Assembly (NCBI GenBank): GCA_046563655.1
Contig: CM102288.1
Span: 4,030,001-4,094,000 of the forward strand
Length of the DNA: 64,000 bases
Source: Yuukianura sp. NJ FZ-2021
Lineage: Eukaryota
Direction: 5' to 3'
The notes below the pieces were generated by a model. It saw nothing but the letters and a program-made list of their open reading frames with translations. It ran no database searches and was not told the origin of the DNA. Positions within the stretch are counted from its first letter, which is position 1. Every line of letters begins with the position of its first letter. A program made the translations under genes and the position numbers. Positions 1 to 12,185 of the stretch are shown one piece after another.

Positions 1-3000
1 CCTTCAGAAACAGGATGTATACTGCATCAGTCCAAGAGCCATCAACGTCTCGGGGTCAATCGACTGCGTATGCTTTGACAAGGTAAGGCTAACCAACATT
101 CTAAGTCAAATGACCTCCATTTGAGCTCAAACTGAACAAAATGAGGTCATATGACAAGCTTAAAGAAACGGCGCCAGAGTCCAATTACTATTTCCTGGAA
201 GTGGAAGAGCAAAATTAATTGGAAGAATTCTCGCAAAACACGTTTTTTTTTTCAATCAGACTTTCACTTTTGGGAAGAAAACGAAAGAGACTCTTCAAAG
301 TCAATTCGAACACAAGTGGAACACGAAAGTGGAGAAAGTTCGGGAAAAATATAATGTATTTTTTGTTCTTTTTTTTTTGAAAGCGACCTCCTTTGATGGG
401 AAAAATGTGTTTTGTTGGAAAAGTGAAAGTTGTCGAGGCAAATTATTTGTGTTGTCAATCAAAACCGAAATTGGAGAGCTGATACGACCGTCGTAACTGC
501 GCAAAGGAAGTAATTTGAGCTAACTGCGCAGCTCGTCATTTTTAACAAAAACTAATTGAAGCTGGTGCTGGAGAAAGTGGAAAGCCGCAAGCCGTTTTCA
601 GTTTCAATTTGAATCAACACGCCTTCATTAAGCCCAAAACTTTCACTTTTACGCCAAGCTTCAAAGAAAACGTTACGTCAAGCGTCAAACAAAAACCTTG
701 AGAAAAGCTTTATGTTCTGTTCAAACAAGCATGTCTCGTCTCTTTTGAAAAATATGAAAAAAACATATTTTTTGAAAGTGTTTGAATGGCGAGGCGTTTT
801 TCGAATTTGAAAAATTTTCCACTTCAGTTTCAATTTAGAAAGGAGTTTGAACGCAGCAGGGACTGGAGGATGAAAAACAAGTTTGAAAAGGATTTGGTTT
901 TTGTTACAAGTTTTGAGTAACAATGGGATTACACTTTGTCATTTCAATTTGACACTGTCAAGTTCCATGATTAAGCCCCCTTGTCATATGGAAAACTGCG
1001 TTTTTAAAAAAAGTTTTTTGAAAATGGGGGTTCAAGGTCAGAGATAGAGAAAGTTCAAGGTCAAAGGTCATCAAACTCTTTCAAATCCTTCGTTTCTGCC
1101 AAATATTTGCCTTTCAGTTGAATAAGTCCTGAAATGGGATTTCACTTTCACTTTGTGTTTCACAAAAATAAGAGAAAGTGAGCGGAACAGGATATTCTCC
1201 TTATCTCTTTCTGTTTGAACAGCGTTGTTTGAACAAAACCCAAATTTGAAAATACTTAACTTTTTTTCAAAAAGTGAAATTCTGTACTTTGTGTTCTGCT
1301 TTTAGACTGGGACTTTGACAGAAGAGGGTTTGGATTTGTGGGGAGTTGTTCCACTTGAACAAACTTTGAACAGCAGAGAAAGTTCTACTAAGAAACCGAT
1401 TTTTGCTGAGCCAATCAGAGACGTTTCTAGCCTCACTTCAAGGTCACTCATGGTAGGCATGGCTGCGTGTCACTCTTTGACTAGAATCGAAGGTGACCTG
1501 ATCGGTGACCCTCTTGACCTTAAGGTAAGACTTGCTTAGAATTCAAACTTTTGGAGGTCGTTGACCTTAAAACTTGTCACTTTCAGATGTTTGAGTGGGT
1601 TGGTTGGACTCTGGAAGAACCGGGAGTGGCTGACAGTGAAAAGTTCGATATCCTCGCACCCACAGTTGTACGACCGAAGAGAGAAGTAAATGACAACATA
1701 CCGGAAGGAAACAAACAAGTGAGTTGTGACTTTTTTAAATTCAAAACAGGAACCTCATTTAGAAAATTCAAACAGGGGCTCCTCATTTAGAAAACTTCAA
1801 TTCGAACAATAGACAAAGTTGGAAATGTCAGAGACTTGGCTCGAGGCCACTTGGAAAAAATCCAGTTACCTTTTCCAAATTGATTTCACGGTTGAAGTAA
1901 GGTGTAATGGCATCATTGTAGCCGTGTGTAACCACACAGGCCATCTTCAGTGGCTACATACAATGGGTGGCTACATACTGCGGCAACTTATGTTGCCACT
2001 TTAGGTTGTGATAGGATAGGTCAAAGTGGCTACTTGAGTTACCGTACAGTGTAGCCACCCATTGCAGCTACTCAATTAACGGAAATACTACACTGGGTGG
2101 CTAAATGTAGGTGGTTGAACCATACGGAAACCGATTGCTATTGTTTGTTCAGCAGAATCCGGAAATTATACTTCAAAAAGGTTCCCCCCACCGTTTCGCC
2201 TGCAAAAAGGTTCCTTTTATTTCGCCTTTTCGCTTCGTGCTTTCACCACTTTCACTCTAAAAGCACCACAATGCTAACAAAGCCTAACGCTTAACCTAAC
2301 CAACCTAACTTAAGTCTAAAACGTAACCTAAAAGCTTCCTCTTTGAAGCCTCAGTGCACTGAACCCTGGAACACATCAAGGAAATTGGTAATAAATCTCA
2401 AGCAGAGCGAGACTCCACTGCATAGTAATGCCTAAGGGCTCCCTATTTCTCACTCTAACCCATCCCTGGACTTAAAAAAGGGGTCACGTACCACCAGCCC
2501 CCCCCCTTCCCGCTGTTTTTGAAAAACCGCGGAAAAGCTCGCTCAAGAATTCATTTAGAGACTGGAAGAGATTAGTCCCAGGGGCTCTTTTCCTTTGCTT
2601 TCTCCTGAATTCATAATGGATCATCCCAGGAGAAAGTTTCAAAAGTGAAAGTTACTCCCTCCAGAATGTTCGTGTTTCCTCAGCTAATCTATCTCCATAA
2701 CCCTTACTTTCTCATTTTAAGGAAATGGGAATTTAGAACTAGTATTAGAAGTTCAAAAACTACTTTTTTAAAATTAAAGTGAATTCAATTTACTTTTAAA
2801 GTCGTAACTTATCCCCCCTCCTCCGTCCAATTTAGAAAAAAAAAGGAGAGGAAGAGAAAGTTGTTCCAATTTAACAAAAAAATGGTAAAAGTAAGGAGCA
2901 GGAGACAAATGACATGCGATGGACAAAAACCAATAAAAAAGTGAAAGTAAAATTGCGCTGCAGCGCTTGTTTTCGAATGACATTTTTTGGAAAGAGATTG

Positions 3001-6000
3001 AATTGGTTTTGTAATTGGAAAACTGCTGTTCTTTTCAAGAGAAATGAGGTTGTAGGAGAAAGTAGAGTGAAAGTACGATGTTGTGGAGTTCAGAAGTTCC
3101 TGGAAGGGGTCCTGGCAGTAGTTATATGCAAATGGAGTACAGACATGCTTGTAACTACGCTGCTAAAAACTGCCAGTCACTACACCATGCATAATTCAGC
3201 ATCACGACAGCCTCGTCTGCTCCACTTTCACTTTTTCAGCGCTTCCCTTCCCAAAACTGTCAAAATTTATGACTTCCTCCTGCTCCCACGTTCCAGAATC
3301 CCATTTTACAAAAATTCCAAATTCAATTCAAAATTTAAAAAAAAAATCAAAAAAAGAAGAGTTTATCATTATCTTAGAATTCTAACTTTGTACAAAGATT
3401 GGGTGCGAAATTTTGAAGCAAATGAGCTCAACTTTGCGCCCAAGCAAGCAAATTTTATTTTAAAAAATTTGAAATTTTTAGGTGGAGTCTGAGGTGGGGA
3501 TTGTGCGTCAGTTTCCATTTTCGTCATCTTTGCAACGTATGTCAGTCATCACGCGGACGCTGGGGGACTCCGAGTACGAAGTGTACTGCAAAGGCTCACC
3601 GGAGATGATCTCAACTCTAGCTCTGCCACAGACAAGTAAGTTTTTTAGAATTTAGAAAAAGTATTCTTAGATTTTGGAAATTGTCGAACAGAAAAAAGTT
3701 TATGGCTGTTGGGAAATCTGAGAATCTGGAGTATCTCTGTGATTCTCTGAATCGCTGACGCTTTGAGGAAGTGTAGTTTGACCTCCCACACACTTTTTCT
3801 AAAAAAAACTTTAAGCGTAGTTTGTTCTAAATTTAGAACAAAGTGTGTCTCTCCATAGTTGCTGTGTGGTCATTACCAAAAGTCCATAAGCCAAATGAAT
3901 GGAATGGGAGTTCCAGATGGTTCCAGAGAAAGCGACTGCTTTCACTCTCTCAATTTCTGAAACTAATGACTTTTCTTAACAAAATTCTAAACTTGCTCTA
4001 AAAGAACAAACTTTTTCTAAAATTTTCAGTTCCGAAGAATTTTGCAACGATCTTGGAGTATTATACGCAGGAGGGATATCGCGTCATTGCAGTGGGGCAT
4101 AAGCGATTACCCAAATTGAATTATGCCAAGGTACATTTTCAAAACTACAATTTTGTAAAACAGTTTTTCAAAAAACAAACTTTTTTAAATTTCAGGTTCA
4201 ACGAGTCGTCCGTGAAGAGCTAGAAACAGAACTGACATTTCTGGGATTAATTGTGATGGAAAATCGACTGAAGCCTGAGACTACTGGAGTTATGGCGGTG
4301 CTCAAAAATGCAGCTATCAGAACCATCATGGTAACAGGTAAGGCGGCAAGCCCGGAAAATTTCAAATTCAAAATTTTGATTCCGGACATCACAAAATTTG
4401 GAAAATTTCCAGGCGACAACTTGTTGACGGCTATAAGCGTAGCGAGGGAATGCGACATGCTAGAAACTGCAGACAAAGTGATCGTTTTGAGCCTTGAAAC
4501 TGGCACTGGAGAGGCCAAGGACAAAATTCCAAAAGTTTTGTTTACTGTGGCCAACAAAGTGGTAAGATTCTCAAACAAAAAAAAAGAAGTTAGGAATTCA
4601 AAATTTTGAAACTTTTGGATAGTTTTTCTCAAAATTTTTGTTTATTTCAGACTCCGAAGGGAATGTCATCTTCTGGAACAGAGTCATCCTTGATGCATAG
4701 TCCTCAAATGTCAATTTTAAATGGAAACACTGCATCTCCTGGAAGTTTAGAAAAATCCATTTTGAGTAACATAGAAGTTGAATCGCGAATTCCAAAGAAT
4801 CGATACCACTTTGCCCTCACTGGACACGTTTTTGCTATTATCCGGACCCACTATCCAGAACTTTTGTCCAAAATACTCGTTCGAGGAACCGTTTTTGCTC
4901 GGATGAGTCCGGAACAAAAGCAACAACTTGTTGAACATCTCCAGTCACTCGGATACTTTGTCGGTAAGTTTCACATTTCAGGTCACATCACAGGTCAAAA
5001 AAATTTGAATTCAAAATTTTGATTTTCAGGAATGTGCGGTGATGGAAGTAACGATTGCGGAGCACTGAAGGCAGCTCATGCCGGAATTTCCTTGTCGGAT
5101 ACCGAATCGTCCGTCGCGGCGCCGTTTACGTCGCTCCAGCCCAACATCACTTGCGTACCACACTTGATCCGTGAAGGTCGCGGTGCCCTGGTGACATCAT
5201 TCGGAATTTTCAAGTACATGGCTGTATACTCCTTGACCCAATTCGTCTCTGTCATGATCCTGTACTCAATTTCTTCAAATCTAACCGATATCCAGTTCTT
5301 GTATATCGACTTGTTCCTTATCTCAGTCTTCGCCTTCTTCTTCGGCAACATCGGACCCAGTCAAGGTCCGTTGGTCAAAACACCGCCTTCGGCTAGTCTC
5401 GTGTCACCTCCACCAATCGTCTCCATTATCCTCCACATGATATCGATTATCGGATTCCAAGTTCTGGCATTCGAACTTATCCAAAAACAATCCTGGTTCA
5501 CACCGTACGAACATCGGTTGGACGATGAAGAGTGGGCCAGCCTCTGGGAGTTTGTTGGATATGAAAACTATGCCTTATTCACAATCACTTGCTTCCAGTA
5601 CATCATCATGGCCATTGTCTTTTCAAGAGGGAAGCCCCACCGGAAGTCAATTGTCCACAATCCAAGACTCATCACATCACTAATCATTATGACAGCATGC
5701 ACAATCTACTTGGTCACATATCCACATGTTCCTTTCCAGGAAATCGCTGACATGTTGATGCTCAAACTACTTCCACCAGAGCCATTCCGATGGATCATGG
5801 TTGCTATTGGTTGTTCGCAGTTACTAGTGGCCATGTTCATAGAATACTTCTTAGTGGACTACGTCCTGACTCAAAAGATTGGCAAGTATGTCCAGTCACG
5901 ACGAAGAGAAAAGTCTAAGAAAGAGTACATTCGGATTGAGTATGACCTGTCCAGAAGATCCGATTGGCCGCCGATATCCAACACTCCGTCAGTTGACTCT

Positions 6001-6198
6001 GTGTATGTAAATGAAGAGAATGAAAAGAGCAATGGGATATCGGAAGTAATTAATCATGAGCAATTTAACGGAGCATTCGTCATTCCGACTCCTCCCGAAC
6101 ATGGTCAAGAAAATGGAGGGTGGCGACGTTCTATGTCGTCACTTCCTAGACCACGCCCTGCTAACCATCGACCGCGTACTGTTAGTTCTAATAGTTAG
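1..6198 (+). CDS. P5B-type cation/polyamine-transporting ATPase (ATP13A2/3-like), 5'-partial, multi-exon
   Basis: Exons ~1-82, 1306-1524, 1587-1718, 3482-3635, 4030-4130, 4197-4338, 4413-4561, 4651-4963 and 5030-6198 join through GT-AG introns. Motifs: CFDK|TGTLT phosphorylation site (split by intron 83-1305), [53 protein letters not shown], and C-terminal TM helices. Confidence 0.95.
1961..2064. repeat. Intronic imperfect inverted repeat (42-bp arms, 20-nt spacer), MITE-like
   Basis: caatgggtggctaca (1961-1975) is the exact reverse complement of tgtagccacccattg (2050-2064). The arms continue inward to gccacttt/aaagtggc. Further gtggctac-like motifs flank it (~1915-2105). Confidence 0.75.
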
Positions 6199-7114
6199 CA
6201 TGCTTAAAAAGATAGTTTTAAATTTAAATAATCTGATAATTTAGTCTGATTAAGTTTAATTTTAATTATTTAGATAAAGTTAAGTTATGAGATTTAGAGT
6301 GGGCGCTAATGACAATAGAAATTTTAGCCGAATTATGAAACAGAGGGTTATTTCCGGATTGATCCTGGTGGTCAAAAGTTCCTCTTGTTCTTGAATTTAC
6401 TTCGTGCGGTCAATTAATCAATTGAATCTCACTTCTTAATTAGTAATTCAACTATGTACAATAAGGAAAGTGAAAAAAAGCCTTTACAACTTTTGAGGAA
6501 AAATGCGATTTCTTAGTGTTTCCAAGACCCATTCAAGATCCATTCATCCCATGCTTTTAAATTCTAAAGAGAAAGTGTACTTTTCTTACTGTTTAAATGT
6601 TACCATAAACAGTGTTTTAGGCTATTTAAAGTTAATTAAAGTAATTAAAAGTGTAAATCACTACTAAAAGGGACAAATAAACAGCAAATTAATTTTTGCA
6701 ATTCTTTCAAAAATCGGAAACGAGGAAAGCGTCTGCTAATTTTGCAGTAACCCGTTTTCCAGCTTCATACGTGGTTTTCGAGGTTTACACTTTGTTTTCA
6801 ACTTTGTACACTCTGTTTTCATTTCAAACTCCTCTCCTCTCTCGTGGAGTCGCGTTGTCCGCAGACGCACTTGGCAACCAGGTTTATGATCTTTCAGTTA
6901 AGATTGAATTGACTTAACTAGCAATTGTTAATCGATTTCATACCAAGACAAACTAACTGACCAGACCACTATACGGGACGGGTAAGGACAAGGAGCGTCT
7001 TGGGTCACCGGACCTGCTAAACTTGTATTCGTAAGTTTCATTAATCATCTGATTCTGGTTGTCTATTTTGAAATCATTAGACACTTGACTAGTGTAACTG
7101 TAATCGATAGGTAG

Positions 7115-9800
7115 ATGAATCGTACCCAAATTTTGGAGGCAGTTGAAGCCCTTCGACAAAGGAAGTGTCGTCCAGAACGAGAGGCCATAGCACACCACAT
7201 TCTCAAGAAACATGGAACCCAGTTTCAAGACATTTTTAATGATTTGGAGACCATTGTAGACGAAGGAGGATTGGTCAAGGTTGAATACAAAGGAAGCATC
7301 AGCTACCGAAGCCCAAACGCCTTTGGTAATCACGATTTCAATACCGAGCTTAACCTACCAACTTTATTTTCGTTAACGATTTAAACATTTTGTTTTCTTG
7401 TTTAGCTGCTGACACATCTCCATTACTCACAAAACACGCCAAGGTGTTAAATTCAAATAGAACAACTCGTTTCATTCTATCTGCCGTCACTGAGCTCTTG
7501 GCCGAAGACGATTCCTATACCAAACTCGGTATCCCCCGTGAAGCAATCATTTCCAAACTAATTGAGTACGACTCCCAGCGTTTCAATAAGTTAAACACAG
7601 CCGATCTACTTCAACGAGAAGTTACTGCCGGTACTCTAGTACCGACAACTGAAGACAGCCTACTACCAAAGGATCTTCATCATAACTTTGAACCCGTTTC
7701 AACAAACACTCCCAAACCAAAGCCCTTCAGTCCCAAGAACATGAGAGGACGTAAACCCGCTGCCGGATCCAAAGCTGCTGATGCCAGTAGCTCTCCGTCG
7801 ACATCAGGTACCGCCTTAACAGAAAGTTCCACCGAAGTCTTTGCTGTCAAATCGCTTCCAGTCCCAGTGTCTCCCAGTCCAAGCAAACCTCTGAGATCAT
7901 ACGGACGAAAAGCAGGTGCCGCTTCGTCTGAAAAAGCAGATAAAGACAACACAGAGGAACCTGCTTCCAAGAAGAGTGCTGCTGACAAGAAGATGCCGAC
8001 ATTGTCTAATAGTGCCGAAGAATCTCCTGATGAATCGAAGAACGGAGACAAGATGCCCAGTTTAGTTACACCGGAAGAACCAACTGGAAGAAGTGTTCGA
8101 AATAAGCGGAAGAAAGAAGTGTTTGATCCTTCAGATCTTCCGAAAAAGCGAGCCACTGTCCCGACGACTCCAGCGGGGACCAAGGAAAAGGAAAAGTCTG
8201 TTCCGGTTTCTTCAAAAAAGACAACACCTACACCTCCAACTGCCCCAAGGACTAAACGACCTTACCGGAAAAGAAATAAAGAACCGGAAGCACAAGAGGA
8301 GGGTAATTTACAGATTACTTTTTCTGCAATTGGAATCAATTAACTTAAAATTAATCGCACTTTGTAGTTTCCAAACCTGAGCCACCTGCTACTGTCTGTG
8401 GCGACTGTAACAAGGAAAAAAATAGCGAAGGGCAGGCAGAAGCCTTTCTCATCTGTTCTGAATCTGAATGTACTGCAACTTGTAAGTTAATTTTCAACTT
8501 AGCACAGTAATTATAGTAACTAAGGTTACATTAGAATTGAATGCTTATGGTATTGGTAATTCCAGATCACCCGTCCTGTGTCGGGTATGAAAAGGAAGAG
8601 GCCTCCATTCTCATCGAAAAAGGAACTTGGCAATGCTTTGATTGTAAAGCATGTAAACTCTGTCAAGCGAAACCTGTCCAGGTACGACTAATCCAATTAA
8701 ATTCTGCCAATTACTGAAGTCCAGCTGATATGCCTTGGTTTGTGTGTTGCAGGGTCCTGGAACTCTTATTTGCTCTGGTTGTGACCATGCATTTCATATG
8801 AGGTGCCTCAAGATCAGAGTCCGACCGTTTGAAGACAACTGGCTGTGTCCAGAGTGTAAAGAACAAGAAAAAGCAGAAGGTACAGCCGATGCTAAAGCAA
8901 CAGAGGAGGCTGTGGAAGAAGACGAGGAGGAAAAAGTTGACACAACGAAAGAAAGTGAAGCAAAAGAAGCTGAAGAACGAGAAACCGAAGCTGAAGAGGT
9001 GAAAACTGCTGAAGAAATCAAAAAAGTGGAAGACGTATCAGTTTCAGCGACTGTTGACGACACCCCAACTGCAACTACTGTTGCTGAAGTTGAAAAAGCA
9101 GAGGGTCAAGAAAAAGAACAAGAAGCAGAAGCAGAGAAAACAGCTAAGGTCGAAGAGGCTGCTGAACCTGAACCACCCCCACCCAAGAAACCTCCAGTGA
9201 AACGTTTGTGATTTCAATTTTAAACTTTTTTTTTTACTGTTTGCTAAAATTTTTTCGATCTTGACAGTTGGCCGACCACCGACTAAGAAACGAATCATTA
9301 GTTTGAGCCTTGAGAAGAAGTCAGAGGCCAAAGGAAAAGAGGAAGCAGCTCCAGCATCTTCTTCTGCTGGAGCTAAAGACGAACCAAAAGATGACGATGA
9401 CCTTGACATCCCCCTTGATGCTTCTAAGTGGACACCTTCACAGGTTGAAGCATACTTCAAAAAGCATGGACTCCGTGATGAGGGAATTCTGTTCAAGGAA
9501 CAGGTAAAGATCACTTATAATTTAATTAATTAAGTACTTAATTAATCACGAGGAACCTGAGGTTTGTTTACTTTCACTAGGAAATAGATGGACTCGCACT
9601 CCTCCTCATGGTATGTCTTAAAAATTGTTTGTGCTATATGTTTTTTGAAAAGTATTTCACAAAATGTTGATTTTTTTTAGAGACGACAGGACATTGTTCA
9701 TGGGATGAAACTTCTACTGGGTCCAGCCTTAAAAGTATTCAAGTTGGTGGTGGCGCTTCAACAAAGTGGGGGAAAGGTTGATTCAACAACGATTACCTAA
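7115..9800 (+). CDS. SAMD1/atherin-like chromatin protein: SAMD1-type winged helix + probable second WH + double PHD finger + acidic linker + SAM domain
   Basis: The N-terminus ILEAVEALRQRKCRPE...LVKVEYKGSISYR matches the SAMD1/KAT6 WH. Spliced exons 8368-8482, ~8566-8681 and 8753-9203 give CGDC...HPSC...WQCFDCKACKLC...CSGCDHAFHMRC...WLCPEC. The SAM domain reads WTPSQVEAYF...FKEQ|EIDGLALLLM|RRQDIVHGMKLLLGPALKV. Stop TAA 9798-9800. Confidence 0.88.
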
Positions 9801-10103
9801 ACTGACCAGTGACATGGACTGCACATGCGATTAATCAACTATTTTAATTAATCAAGTAATCATGGGTAAAATCTATTTAGGAATGCATGTTTTCTTTTTC
9901 TAACATCCTAGATCTGTGGCTCTTTGAATCAACTGTTGTAGCTCAACAATTATGAATTCAGTTAATTAATCAGCAATTACTTAGTTTGAAAACTAATCAG
10001 TAGTTGCTAAAATATGTTATGTTTCATGTGTATCCTTTGTTGGCACTTGGGGATTCAGCAGTTGTTGATAATAAAAAGATTCAGTCTTTATTTTTTCGGT
10101 GTT

Positions 10104-11376
10104 TCATTTGGTGGTGACAAGTTCCTTGGGCATGTGCCCAGTGTCACCAACTTTGAACAGTGTCACATCACCATCAGGGTTAATTTGGATTTGGGTGATA
10201 CTTCCATTGGCAAGGCTTATCCTCAACCATCGTTCTGGAGGAAATTGGAGGGCACTAAAACAATATTAAAATGGCCACAGTTATCATTTGAACATAATTT
10301 ATGAACGCACTTTGGAAGAACGTACCGGCAACAGAAATATCGAATCACATCTGTAAAAAAACGAACACGATTTACTTTAGTTGTTTTTTAAGTCTGAATT
10401 GTAGTTGTACTTCAAAGATTTACTTGCATGACAGACGATTAGTTCGAATGAATCTTGCTCTTGATCTGGATCTGCTCTGTGGAAATACTTTCGGAATGCT
10501 GCTTCTATCCTCATTTCGTCATTGAAGTACTGGTAAATATCAAATCAAAAAATACAAGTTAATTAACCTGAATTCTAGAAGGTGCAGATGAAAATGACTT
10601 ACGCGAAGCATAGGGTGCCAATGATTGCCAGGATCTGGTTCTGGAAGGAGAGTGTTCGGTTAGTTCTTGATAGTGTTTGTAATTGGCTTCAGATGAAAAC
10701 CCTTACGTATCGGAGCACCTTCCCTTAGCAAGGGGTCAACGTTAAAGGAGTTCAACTTATTTGGGGATTCGGGGCACAGACTGCCTCCAATGATTTCCGC
10801 AGTCTCCAGGGCCCTTGACATATCCGAAACAACGTAACGGTCAAAGTTCGGGATGACCTCCTTCAGTCGTTGGCCAGTCAATGCAGCCTGTTTCCTTCCA
10901 AGGTCAGTCAATCTTCGCTCGCTGTCGCTCAAGGGCTTCTGGTCGTATTGGCCATGACGAATAAGGAAAATATTCCGCTTAGCCTTTGGTATTAACCCAG
11001 ACAATTCCTCCAGGTCCTCTTCAGAAATCGGTTTGACTTTTTTCGCTCCGGGACGGAAGTGACGAGCCAATAGTCGGAATCCTGGATCTCGTCTACAGTA
11101 ACACGAGCAGAGTTTGTAATTAGTAATCCCTTACTGAATGTTTACTGTAAATTGATAATTATTTTTGTCTTACTTGTCCCAATTGAAATCCCAATCCCAA
11201 CGGGAAGATCGATACGACGGGACATTGTCATCACTTGGGTTTGGGTCAGAGTTCAGTTTTTCTTGTTCTTTGGAGTGAATGTTCTGGAGTAAACAAAATG
11301 ACCCACCGAGCCCAACACCTCCAAATGCAGCGATGGCTTTCCAAAGTATTCCGCGTTTTGTCGCTCCGGTAGCCAT
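10104..11376 (-). CDS. PGAM5: Mitochondrial Ser/Thr phosphatase PGAM5
   Basis: N-terminal TM anchor, WDFNWD motif, catalytic [47 protein letters not shown] and GDTGHMP. Six GT-AG-joined exons, including a 25-nt microexon (10326-10350). Confidence 0.95.
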
Positions 11377-12185
11377 GTCCTTCCTATATCTGGAAATAAC
11401 TAATTAACTAATTAATTACAGAATCAATTAACGGTAAATGACTCCTCTCCGATTTGAATTGAGATGTTTACCTCAATCATCTGTTGACATACCTCCCGCC
11501 CAATTTATTAAATGTATCCGAATGACGCTGAAGTTTGCCTAACTTCAATTAAAAACGCTTGGAATGGCGACATTATTCCACAAAACACTGAATGAGTATA
11601 GTTTATTTAAAACGTTTAAAACCCTGCATCTATTAATTCATTAATCAACTAACTAAATCAATGGCAACACTATTACATAAATTAGTAGTTGAACGGAACA
11701 AATGATGTGGAGGATATGTCTTGTAAACGAATCTGATTTTTAGTTTGATTAATTGATCAATTGTGAAGTCAAATTGTGAATAAGTTGTGCACATTGTCGA
11801 CTCAAGTCGCCGTTTGTCCGAAGTAATTAGCAGTTAAGTAAGTTGAACTTGAACACAACAGTTTAGATTACTTTAGGCATTTCAGGAATCGTAGGAAGAA
11901 CAAACCCTTTGGTAAGGCTTTTCAGTTTTAAACTTGGTTTAAAAATGTAGAAAAGTTGCAAACCTGTCACTGACGATTAATTAGCTCCTATGATTTAGTT
12001 ACGGGGAAGTGTCTACGGAAAATAGGGTCAAGATAGAAAAGATAGAGATTCTTCTAAAAGTCAATTCACAGTTGTTCTAAAATCTAACGCACGATCAATC
12101 GACGCTTAATTAACCGCTACAGGAAGCTAACGGGGTTAAATCGACACTGAATTAGCTGGTTATTAGTTAATCTTAGTTTTTAGGC

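Noticed and set aside
2283..2330. CCTAA/TTAGG runs (also ~46358-46410) as interstitial telomeric repeats
   Set aside because: Only a few degenerate units, common low-complexity sequence in this window.
2914..3492. 192-aa ORF in the supplied track
   Set aside because: It lies inside an ATP13A intron, has AT-biased K/F-rich composition and shows no recognisable domain.
5038..5055. GDGSND in place of GDGAND in the ATPase
   Set aside because: The x position of GDGxND is variable and the catalytic residues are intact.
7680..8183. Long antisense ORFs over coding exons (also e.g. 35229-35618, 39824-40201)
   Set aside because: Shadow ORFs of real coding exons, with no independent evidence.
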